Shown in pieces: positions 1-7,703 of a stretch of DNA of 64,000 bases. A program made the translations under genes and the position numbers. The stretch comes from Candidatus Sericytochromatia bacterium. Lineage in GTDB: Bacteria; Cyanobacteriota; Sericytochromatia; S15B-MN24; UBA4093. Position 1 is the stretch's first letter. Every line of letters starts with the position of its first letter. Under the pieces are notes generated by a model. The model worked only from the letters and a program-made list of their open reading frames with translations. It was not told the DNA's origin and ran no database searches. The stretch covers positions 128,001-192,000 of the forward strand of contig JAKFBU010000026.1 of the NCBI GenBank assembly GCA_036676985.1. Reading direction: 5' to 3'.

Positions 1-67
1 CGAAAGCCGGGGTCCAGGGCATGCGCCCCGTGAGCCGACCCTGGATCCCGGCTTTCGCCGGGATGAC
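1..67. repeat. REP/REPIN-like inverted repeat (truncated at window edge)
   Basis: Arm 1-19 CGAAAGCCGGGGTCCAGGG pairs 18/19 with 39-57. The right arm contains the hairpin TCCCGGC-TTTC-GCCGGGA followed by TGAC, as in the GTCATCCCGGCGAAAGCCGGG-type REP family. Confidence 0.7.
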
Positions 68-111
68 GGGCTGGACTTGCTGAACGGGTGACTGAAGGAC
101 GGTTTGACCGC

Positions 112-777
112 CTAAAAGAGGCGCAGCTGTTGCGGAGCTGTGGCGCGCGCGGCCGTCGGCCGTGGAGCCGCCGGCTCTTTGGCTACCGATCTTTCGAGCA
201 GGGGCTTTGCGGGCGGTTCGGTGGCAGGAGCTGCGAACAGGGGCTCGTTCACCGGCTCGGCCGCGCTGCTCGCGAGCTGGAAGTGCCGCTGGGCGACCTG
301 CCGCTGGTGCCGGAAGTCCGGCATGTGCGTGCCGACCAGTGCCCAGAAGGCCTTGGAGTGGTTGGGCACGAGGAGGTGGCTCAGCTCGTGCAGGATGAGG
401 TAGCGCAGGGCGCGCTCGGGCATCCCGTCGATGGCGTACTTCGAGAAGGTGAGAATCTTGGTCTTGAGGTTGACCTGCGCGAGCCGGGTGTAGCGGGCCT
501 GTCCGATGCGCACGCCGGCGTAGGAGACGTTCAGCGTCTCGCGGTTGACCCGGGCGACGAGCTCCGTGAGCTCGGAGAGGCTCATGGCCGGACCCTGGGG
601 CAGGGCGGGCAAGGCGGCGAGGGTCGCGGTCTGCTTGTGGCCCCAGCGCGTGAACTTGGCGATCGCCTCTTGCTGCTCCGAGCGCGGCCAGTGCCGTGGA
701 ATGGTCATCACCAGGCACGAACCTCGGAGACGAGCCCTTGCCGTGCGACCTGTGGTGTAGGTGATCTGCGTCTCCAC
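112..777 (-). CDS. YgjP/DUF45 (SprT/WLM-like) HEXXH zinc metallopeptidase-family protein with C-terminal QLRLF motif
   Basis: YLILHELSHLLVPNHSKAFWALV motif; GTG start with GAGGAGG RBS; Pro/Ala-rich tail. Confidence 0.85.
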   Translation of the reverse strand: METQITYTTGRTARARLRGSCLVMTIPRHWPRSEQQEAIAKFTRWGHKQTATLAALPALPQGPAMSLSELTELVARVNRETLNVSYAGVRIGQARYTRLAQVNLKTKILTFSKYAIDGMPERALRYLILHELSHLLVPNHSKAFWALVGTHMPDFRHQRQVAQRHFQLASSAAEPVNEPLFAAPATEPPAKPLLERSVAKEPAAPRPTAARATAPQQLRLF

Positions 778-937
778 GGCGTCCCTCCTCGATCCTCCGT
801 GATTGTACCACAGTCGTTTTGGCGTCCGTACGACCTCCTAGCCCGCCGATCCTTTTTGGTCGATTCTGCCAAGGCGCCTAAGACAACATGGCCTTACGAT
901 GGGAAGGTCCCATTCTCATGCGAAGGAGCGCCACTGG

Positions 938-2101
938 ATGCACTGGCTCGAAGCCGCGTTCTGGACCTCGGTGGCCGTCGCCGCCTATACCTATGGAGGC
1001 TATGCGCTCGTCGTCTCGGTGCTGGCCAAGGCGGCGCCGCGGCCGCACAGGATGCAGCCCATCACGCCCAAGGTCACGCTGCTGGTGCCGTCCTACAACG
1101 AGGAGGACGTGATCGAGGCCAAGCTGGACAACTGTCTGGCCCTGGACTATCCGCACGATCGCCTCGAGATCATCGTGGTGGCGGACGGCAGCACGGATCG
1201 CACGCCGGAGCTGGCCGCGCGCTACCGCTCGCGAGGCGTCCGGGTCGAGTACCGGCCCGAGCGGCGGGGCAAGATCCACGCCCTCAACCGGGTGATGCCC
1301 CTGGTCGAGGGGGACATCGTCGTCAGCTCGGACGCCAACTCCCTGCTCAACCCCGAGAGCCTGCGGATGCTGGTCAGGCACTTCGCGGACCCCGAGGTGG
1401 CCTGCGTGGCCGGTGAAAAGCGCATCACGCGCCGAGACGGCGACGTGAGCGTGGGCGAGGGGCTCTACTGGCGATACGAGTCCTACCTCAAGCGCTGCGA
1501 CTCCGAGCTGAGCTCGGTCATGGGGGCGGCGGGCGAGCTCATCGCCCTGCGCCGGGACTGCTACGAGCCCATCGAGGAGGACACCATCATCGAGGACTTC
1601 GTGGTGTCCATGCGCCTGGTGCACCAGGGCCACCGGGTCATCTACGAGCCCGAGGCCTACTCGATGGAGGAGGCGTCGCCCTCGATCGACGAGGAGTTCA
1701 AGCGCAAGACCCGCATCGTGGCGGGCGGCTGGCAGGCCGTCGTGCGGCTGAGCCGGCTGTTGGTCCCGAGCCGCCCGCTCATCACGTTCCAGTACGTGTC
1801 GCACCGGGTGCTGCGCTGGGTGCTGGTGCCCTACGTCCTGATCCTGGCGTTTGTCGCGAACGGGTTGCTCGCCATGTCGGGAGAGCCCCTCTACGGCATG
1901 CTCTGGCTCGGTCAGCTGCTCTTCTACGGGCTCGCGGCCTACGGCTGGCGGCGCCAGGCCCAGGGTGGGCGCAATCCCCTGTACTACGTCCCCTTCTACT
2001 TCGTCTTCCTCAACTACGCGGCCTTGGTGGGGTGCGTGCGCTTCATGCGCGGCCGCCAGCCGGTGACCTGGGAGAAGGTGCGGCGCGCGACCCCCATCTA
2101 G
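938..2101 (+). CDS. Glycosyltransferase family 2 (PgaC/CesA-like, membrane-bound)
   Basis: VPSYNEE, DGSTD, SDAN, IEDF and RKTRIVAG motifs; N- and C-terminal TM helices; ATG 938 preceded by GAAGGAG. Confidence 0.9.
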   Translation: MHWLEAAFWTSVAVAAYTYGGYALVVSVLAKAAPRPHRMQPITPKVTLLVPSYNEEDVIEAKLDNCLALDYPHDRLEIIVVADGSTDRTPELAARYRSRGVRVEYRPERRGKIHALNRVMPLVEGDIVVSSDANSLLNPESLRMLVRHFADPEVACVAGEKRITRRDGDVSVGEGLYWRYESYLKRCDSELSSVMGAAGELIALRRDCYEPIEEDTIIEDFVVSMRLVHQGHRVIYEPEAYSMEEASPSIDEEFKRKTRIVAGGWQAVVRLSRLLVPSRPLITFQYVSHRVLRWVLVPYVLILAFVANGLLAMSGEPLYGMLWLGQLLFYGLAAYGWRRQAQGGRNPLYYVPFYFVFLNYAALVGCVRFMRGRQPVTWEKVRRATPI

Positions 2102-2102
2102 C

Positions 2103-2135
2103 AAAAAGGCCCCGGCGATCGATCGCCGGGGCCTT
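2103..2135. terminator. Intrinsic terminator between convergent GT2 and trxA
   Basis: AAGGCCCCGGCGATC/GATCGCCGGGGCCTT palindrome with an A-tract on the left. Confidence 0.8.
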
Positions 2136-2150
2136 GGAGTGCTCGGTGGT

Positions 2151-2474
2151 TTAGAGCTTGGGCATGATCCGCGACTCGAGCTGGGCCTTGGGCATGTAGC
2201 CGACGAGGCGCTCGACGGGCTCACCGTTCTTGAACAGGATGAGGGTCGGGATGCTCATGACGCCGAACTTCTGGGCGTTGGCGCCGTTGGCGTCGATGTC
2301 GATCTTGGCGATCTTCAGCTTGCCGTCGTGCTCGACGGCGAGCTCCTCGAGGATCGGGGCGATCATGCGGCAGGGGCCGCACCAGGTGGCCCAGAAGTCG
2401 ACCAGGACCGGCTGGTCGGCCTGAAGCACTTCCTTCTCGAATTCGGCGTCGCTGACGGGAATGGGCTTGCTCAT
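2151..2474 (-). CDS. trxA: Thioredoxin
   Basis: WATWCGPC active site, MSIPT; AAGGAGG RBS. Confidence 0.97.
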   Translation of the reverse strand: MSKPIPVSDAEFEKEVLQADQPVLVDFWATWCGPCRMIAPILEELAVEHDGKLKIAKIDIDANGANAQKFGVMSIPTLILFKNGEPVERLVGYMPKAQLESRIMPKL

Positions 2475-2645
2475 GTGTTCCTCCTTGAATTGGCCCCCCA
2501 TTGTACCCTCCCTCTCGTCTTCTTTCCAGGCGATTGCCCGCAAGACCGCGTCCCGGCGTCATCTGGGCGGTCGCATCGGTCGATGAGTGGGGCCAAGGCG
2601 TTGATCTTTGCACGTCGCCTGTGGTAGGATGTGAGCCTCACACCT

Positions 2646-2735
2646 GGAGAGGTGGCTGAGCGGCTGAAAGCGCCTTCCTGCTAAGAAGGTATATGGGCTA
2701 AACCTGTATCGGGGGTTCGAATCCCCCCCTCTCCG
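2646..2735 (+). tRNA. tRNA-Ser(GCT)
   Basis: GGAGAGG/CCTCTCC acceptor stem, CCTTC-CTGCTAA-GAAGG anticodon arm, long variable arm, GGTTCGAATCC T-loop; CCA not encoded. Confidence 0.97.
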
Positions 2736-2760
2736 CCTCAATCCCCTATACGCCCAACGC

Positions 2761-2789
2761 TTGCAAGGGCACGGTTCCTGTGGTATAGT
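2761..2789 (+). promoter_or_regulatory. sigma70-type promoter for tRNA-Arg
   Basis: TTGCAA-N17-TATAGT with extended TG. Confidence 0.75.
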
Positions 2790-2831
2790 GGATTTCAGTT
2801 CGGCTCGAGGCGCGAGTTTCGGGTTGATTAC

Positions 2832-2905
2832 GCGGCCGTAGCTCAGTTGGATAGAGTATCTGGCTACGAACCAGAGGGTCGGGGGTTCGAATCCCTCCGG
2901 CCGCG
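2832..2905 (+). tRNA. tRNA-Arg(ACG)
   Basis: GCGGCCG/CGGCCGC acceptor stem, TCTGG-CTACGAA-CCAGA anticodon arm, GGTTCGAATCC; CCA not encoded. Confidence 0.97.
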
Positions 2906-2907
2906 CT

Positions 2908-2950
2908 AACCGGAAGGGCCCCAGCTTTCGCTGGGGCCCTTCCGGTTTTT
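2908..2950 (+). terminator. Intrinsic terminator after tRNA-Arg
   Basis: AACCGGAAGGGCCCCAGC-TTTC-GCTGGGGCCCTTCCGGTT followed by further Ts. Confidence 0.9.
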
Positions 2951-2983
2951 GGGCATGGGTCGCGGCGGCGCCCCGCGAGCGGG

Positions 2984-3012
2984 AAAAAGGGCTCGCGCAG
3001 CGCGCGAGCCCT
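2984..3012 (-). terminator. Intrinsic terminator after ATP-grasp gene
   Basis: AGGGCTCGCGC/GCGCGAGCCCT hairpin with U-tract on minus strand. Confidence 0.7.
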
Positions 3013-3031
3013 ACTGTGAAATGGCGGATGC

Positions 3032-4291
3032 CTACATCGAGGAGTTCTGGTGCTCCTTGGTGGGCGAGTGGGCCATCAGCTCGTTGGCGAAGCGACGGGC
3101 ATACTCGTTGACCAGCTCCTCGACCCGCTTCGGATCGTCCGAACGCACGATGATGCCGGCATGCCACTCCTTCTTCTGACGCCACGTCACCTCGGGCGCG
3201 TCGAAGGAGCTGAGGTCGGGCCACTGCTCACGGGCCAGGCAGATGATGGCGCCGGCGTAGCCCTCCCGGAAGGGGGCGAGCTTGTAGTCGGCCCCGAAGG
3301 TCTCGATCTTGGCCCACTCGAACCACAGGCAGATGTCCGTCGCCGTCCACGCCACGTCGGGGATCTTGGCGGCGCCGACGCGCGCGGCCGCTTCCAGGAA
3401 GTAGAACTTGCCGGTCTCGCGGTCCTTGATGTACTCGATGTGGGTCACGCCGCGGACCAGGCCGAGGCTCTTGATGACGTCCTGGTTGATCTTCTGCAGC
3501 GCCTTCCAGTCGTCGCTCTTGCGGTCGATGAGGCGGGTGGTGAAGACGCCGCCCTTGACGTTCAGGTCGAGCATCGGCGTGCCGTACTGCGACACCGTGC
3601 CGAAGAGCACTTCCTTCTCCGAGACCACCGAGTCGACGTGGAAGACGTCGCCCGGCGTGTACTTCTCGAGCAGGTAGCCGGACTGCTTGTCGCCCAGCTC
3701 CATGATCCGCTTCCAGACCTCCTGGTCGTTGTGCAGCACCTTGATGCCCATGGAGGCCGCCGCGAGGCGCGGCTTGATCACCCAGGGCGCCGGCACGCGC
3801 TGCATGTACTCGTGGACGTCGTCATGGTTGAGGATGTGCACGAACTCGGGAACGGGGATGCCGTCCTCCTGGGCCTTCATGCGCATGGCGAGCTTGTCGC
3901 GGAAGTAGCGCATGGTCGTCTCGCCCATGCCGGGCACGCGCATGTGCTCGCGCAGGAAGCAGCTCATCTCCACTTCCCAGTCGCCCATGGGCACGATGCG
4001 GTCGATCTTGCGTCGCTGGGAGATCCAGGCGATGGTGTTCTTCACCTCGGTCTCGTCGTCGAAGTTCTTGACGGCGATGACTTCCTCGAGGATGTCGCGG
4101 GGCCAGTCCGCCTTGAGGCCCTTCTCGCTCGTCAGGACGATGACCTTGTGCCCCATGGCAGCCGCCTGCTTCATGAAGGGGCGGCCGGAGACCATGCCGG
4201 CGATGCACAGGAACCGTAGGGGCTTGTCCACCTTGGGAGTCTCGGTCGCCTGGGTCGCGGGGGCTGGGGGCGTCGCTGCTTTTTTGGGCAC
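3032..4291 (-). CDS. ATP-grasp domain protein
   Basis: FRDKLAMR, WVIKPR..AASMGI, LLEKY, HIEYI..FLEAAARVG motifs; GTG start at 4291 after AGAGAGGT. Confidence 0.85.
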   Translation of the reverse strand: MPKKAATPPAPATQATETPKVDKPLRFLCIAGMVSGRPFMKQAAAMGHKVIVLTSEKGLKADWPRDILEEVIAVKNFDDETEVKNTIAWISQRRKIDRIVPMGDWEVEMSCFLREHMRVPGMGETTMRYFRDKLAMRMKAQEDGIPVPEFVHILNHDDVHEYMQRVPAPWVIKPRLAAASMGIKVLHNDQEVWKRIMELGDKQSGYLLEKYTPGDVFHVDSVVSEKEVLFGTVSQYGTPMLDLNVKGGVFTTRLIDRKSDDWKALQKINQDVIKSLGLVRGVTHIEYIKDRETGKFYFLEAAARVGAAKIPDVAWTATDICLWFEWAKIETFGADYKLAPFREGYAGAIICLAREQWPDLSSFDAPEVTWRQKKEWHAGIIVRSDDPKRVEELVNEYARRFANELMAHSPTKEHQNSSM

Positions 4292-4591
4292 TGTTCTTAC
4301 CTCTCTGCCGCATGGTGCCGATCGTCCTGGCACCCTGGCCAGGAACACGTCGTATCTCATATGCCCGGTAGCTTGGGTTTTGAGTAGATCCCTCGCTATC
4401 TTTTCGAGTCCGATTTCAATCACCCGGGTGGTCGGCGTTGCCCCCCGCCTCCAACCCGCCCTTCGGCGGCCTTCCGGGCTTGCGTGGTATCGGTAGTTTC
4501 CTCGCTAGGACAGGCCGGTAGGGTATGCCAGGATAGCTCAGGCCTCGAACGGCCGCGTACACTGATTTTCGCTCAGGAGGCTTTGCGGGCC

Positions 4592-6691
4592 ATGTTGCAG
4601 CGTCTCGTCTCCCTCATCCGGCGCTACCTCGTAGTGCGCATTGCCCTGGTCATCTTCGTCGTCTTCGGCATCTTCCTGACCGCCTTCAGCTCCGTCTTCA
4701 TCGTGCAGGCCACGAACGCCAACGAGCAGGCGGCCCTCGAGCGCGCGCAGGCCATGGCCCGCCAGGGGGCGGCCTCGGTCCAGTACGCCTTCGAGACGGC
4801 CCTGCGGGATCAGCGCCTGACGGAGGCGGCCCTCTTCGACGAACGGCTGCAGGAGCTGCCCGGCACCACGCCCAAGCGTTACCGCTCGGCGTTCGACGCC
4901 TTCACCGACGCGGCCTTCCCGTCCCTCCAGGAGGCCCCGTTACGGGTGAGCGACGTGGTGTTCGCCATCGCGGTCACCCGCAACGGCTACGTGCCGACCC
5001 ACAACGCGGCCGAGCGCTCCAAGCGCCTGTTCGACGATCCGGTCGGCCTCGCGGCAGCCCGCAACACGGACGATCTCCTGGTGCAGGACTACCGCCGGGA
5101 CACCGGCGAGGCCATCTTCGACGTGTCGAGCCCCATCACGGTCAACGGCCGCCACTGGGGCGCCTTCCGGATCGGTCTTGCGAAGGCGGAGCTCAACCGG
5201 AAGGCCCTCGCCATCTGGCTCACCATGGGCTCGCTCGGCACCTTGGTCGTCCTGATCGAGAGCCTGCTCATCGCGTGGCTGCTGCGCCGGGCCCTGCGGC
5301 CGCTCGCGGACATGGAGCGGGTGGTCGCGCGGATCGCCGAGGGCGACCTGGACCAGCGGATTGACGTCTCGGGCACCGACGAGGTCGGCCGCATCGGCCG
5401 CAGCCTCGAGGCCATGGTCACGGCCCTGCGCGGTGTGCTGCACGGCGTCCGACAGGCTGCCGAGGTCTTGCAGGGCAACGTGCAGGTCATCGGCACCAGC
5501 GCCCACCAGCTGAGCGCGAACGCGGCGACCCAGACCGAGGTGGCCGCCCAGACCTCCGGCTCCATGGAGGCCATGGCCGACCGGATCCGCCAGGTGGCCG
5601 CCCACTCCCAGACGCTCGCGGCGGGCGTGGAGGAGACCTCGAGCGTGATCGAGGAGATGGCGGCGAGCAGCCGTCAGGTCGCGCAGAACGCGGGCACCCT
5701 GGGGGCGACCGTCGACGAGACGTCCGCCGCCATCGAGGAGATGGCCTCGAGCATCCGGCAGGTCGCCCGCAACGTCGAGGAGACCACCGCCGTCGCGAAG
5801 ACGGCCACCGCGGCCGCCCATGACGGACAGTCCGCCGTCTCGCAGACGGTCGCGGGCATGAGCCGGATCGACCAGACCATGCGCGAGGTGATCTCCGCCA
5901 TCGATCGCCTGGGCGAGTCCTCCGAGGAGATCGGCAGCATCATCGAGGTGATCGACGACATCTCGGCCCAGACCAACCTGCTGGCGCTCAACGCCGCCAT
6001 CGAGGCGGCGCGTGCCGGAGAGGCGGGCCGGGGCTTCGCGGTGGTCGCCGACGAGGTGCGCAAGCTCGCCGAGCGCTCGGCCAAGGCCACCGGCGAGATC
6101 GCCACCCTCATCAAGGGCATCCAGCAGGAGACCGGCCAGGCCATTCGCTCCACCCAGCAGGGCGACGAGGCCATCCGGCAGGGCACCCGGCTCGCGGAGG
6201 TGGCGGGCCGCTCCCTGGAGGCCATCGTCACCTCGGTGGATCAGGTGGGCGAGCTGATGAACCACGTCTCCCAGGCCACCCACGAGCAGGCGCGGGCCGC
6301 CGGCCAGATCACCCAGGCCGTGGGCCGCATGAGCGGGCTTGCGTCAGAGGTCACCCAGGCCACGCGCGAAGAGGCCACCGGGGCCGCCCAGATCATCCAG
6401 GCCGTGGACCGCATGAACGCCATGACCCACGAGGTCTCCCAGGCGGCGAGCGAGCAGCAGAAGGGCTGTGAGCGAACGGTCCAGGCGGCCGACGCGTTCC
6501 TCGCGGCGAGCCGCGAGACGGCCCAGGCCTCCGTCTCCATCGCCGCATCCGTCGAGGACGTGCAGGCCCAGATGCAGGCCCTCATGCGCTCCATCGCCTA
6601 CTTCAAGGACGGCGCGCCACAGCGCGAGGTCGAAACCCACCTCATGCCCGCGGAGCGCCTGCTGCCTCCCGCTACGCTGGCCAGCCGCTAG
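4592..6691 (+). CDS. Methyl-accepting chemotaxis protein (TM-sensor-TM-HAMP-MA)
   Basis: QTNLLALNAAIEAARAGEAGRGFAVVADEVRKLAERS signalling hairpin; HAMP (DEVGRIG); AGGAGG RBS. Confidence 0.95.
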   Translation: MLQRLVSLIRRYLVVRIALVIFVVFGIFLTAFSSVFIVQATNANEQAALERAQAMARQGAASVQYAFETALRDQRLTEAALFDERLQELPGTTPKRYRSAFDAFTDAAFPSLQEAPLRVSDVVFAIAVTRNGYVPTHNAAERSKRLFDDPVGLAAARNTDDLLVQDYRRDTGEAIFDVSSPITVNGRHWGAFRIGLAKAELNRKALAIWLTMGSLGTLVVLIESLLIAWLLRRALRPLADMERVVARIAEGDLDQRIDVSGTDEVGRIGRSLEAMVTALRGVLHGVRQAAEVLQGNVQVIGTSAHQLSANAATQTEVAAQTSGSMEAMADRIRQVAAHSQTLAAGVEETSSVIEEMAASSRQVAQNAGTLGATVDETSAAIEEMASSIRQVARNVEETTAVAKTATAAAHDGQSAVSQTVAGMSRIDQTMREVISAIDRLGESSEEIGSIIEVIDDISAQTNLLALNAAIEAARAGEAGRGFAVVADEVRKLAERSAKATGEIATLIKGIQQETGQAIRSTQQGDEAIRQGTRLAEVAGRSLEAIVTSVDQVGELMNHVSQATHEQARAAGQITQAVGRMSGLASEVTQATREEATGAAQIIQAVDRMNAMTHEVSQAASEQQKGCERTVQAADAFLAASRETAQASVSIAASVEDVQAQMQALMRSIAYFKDGAPQREVETHLMPAERLLPPATLASR

Positions 6692-6702
6692 CCTTGCACC
6701 AA

Positions 6703-6730
6703 GCCGGGGCCCCCGCACGGGGGCCCCGGT
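6703..6730 (+). terminator. Hairpin/terminator after MCP
   Basis: GCCGGGGCCCCC-GCAC-GGGGGCCCCGGT. Confidence 0.6.
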
Positions 6731-6866
6731 TCGGCATGCGTGATCAGCGCCGCGGCGACCGGCCGGCCCCTTCGGTCAGGACCGCCAAGTGCGGTCGGCC
6801 TTTTGACCGAGCCCTGCGCGCCGATCGGCCCTATGCTGATGACGGATCCAGGTGAGGGAGGGGGCG

Positions 6867-7703
6867 ATGCTCGACTACCAGCCATCCGCCGGCGTGTCCG
6901 AGATCCGGGACCACTACGACCGGATCTCGGTGTTCTACCGCGCCCTGTGGGGCGACCACATCCACCACGGCTACTTCGAGGACCGCGAGTCCCCCGAGCG
7001 GGCCCAGCTCAAGCTCATCGAGCGGCTGGCCGAGATGGCCGGGATCCCGGCGGGGGCGAGCGTGCTGGACGTGGGCTGCGGCGTCGGGGGATCCGCGCGC
7101 TGGCTCGCCAAGGAGCTCGACTGCACGGTCCTCGGCATCACGCTGAGCCCGGTCCAGGCTCGCATGGCCGCCGAGGCCGCGGCCCGCGAAGGGCTCGGCG
7201 ATCGCGCCCGCTTCGCCGTCAAGGACGCCCACCGGCTCGACTTCCCGGCCGGTAGCTTCGACGTGGTCTGGGTGATCGAGTGCAGCGAGCACCTGCAGGA
7301 CAAAGAGGCCTTCATCCAAGCTTGCCAGCGGGTGCTCAAACCGGGCGGCACGCTCGCGCTCTGCGCCTGGCTCTCGGCCGAGCGTTTCGTCTCGGCGGCC
7401 CACGAGCGCCTCGTCGCTCAGGTCTGCGAGGGCATGCTCTGCCCATCCTTGGCGAGCATGGGCGACTACGTCGGCTGGCTGCGCGCGGCGGGCTTCGACG
7501 CGATCCGGACCGAGGACGTCACCGAGCGGGTCAAGGCCACCTGGACGGTCTGCGGCAAGATCGCCGAGCGCCCTGAGGTCAAGCTGCTCACCAAGATGAG
7601 CGATCAGGCCACCCGCGACTTCGTCACGGCCTTCGGAGCCATCCGGCGGGCTTACGACGAAGGGGCCATGGCCTACGGCATGCTCACGGCCAAGAAGCCC
7701 TAG
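6867..7703 (+). CDS. Class I SAM-dependent methyltransferase (gamma-tocopherol/sterol MTase-like)
   Basis: WGDHIHHGY, VLDVGCGVGG, GITLSPVQ, FDVVW, LKPGG. Confidence 0.85.
   Translation: MLDYQPSAGVSEIRDHYDRISVFYRALWGDHIHHGYFEDRESPERAQLKLIERLAEMAGIPAGASVLDVGCGVGGSARWLAKELDCTVLGITLSPVQARMAAEAAAREGLGDRARFAVKDAHRLDFPAGSFDVVWVIECSEHLQDKEAFIQACQRVLKPGGTLALCAWLSAERFVSAAHERLVAQVCEGMLCPSLASMGDYVGWLRAAGFDAIRTEDVTERVKATWTVCGKIAERPEVKLLTKMSDQATRDFVTAFGAIRRAYDEGAMAYGMLTAKKP

Noticed and set aside
2646-2950. tRNA pair as an integration site for an island
   Set aside because: No integrase, no duplicated tRNA 3' end seen in the window, no compositional shift. Ser(GCT)-Arg(ACG) adjacency is a common arrangement.
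4292-4591. c-di-GMP riboswitch upstream of the MCP
   Set aside because: No GEMM-type GGCAAAC...GAAA...GACGCAAA pattern could be recognised by eye on either strand.
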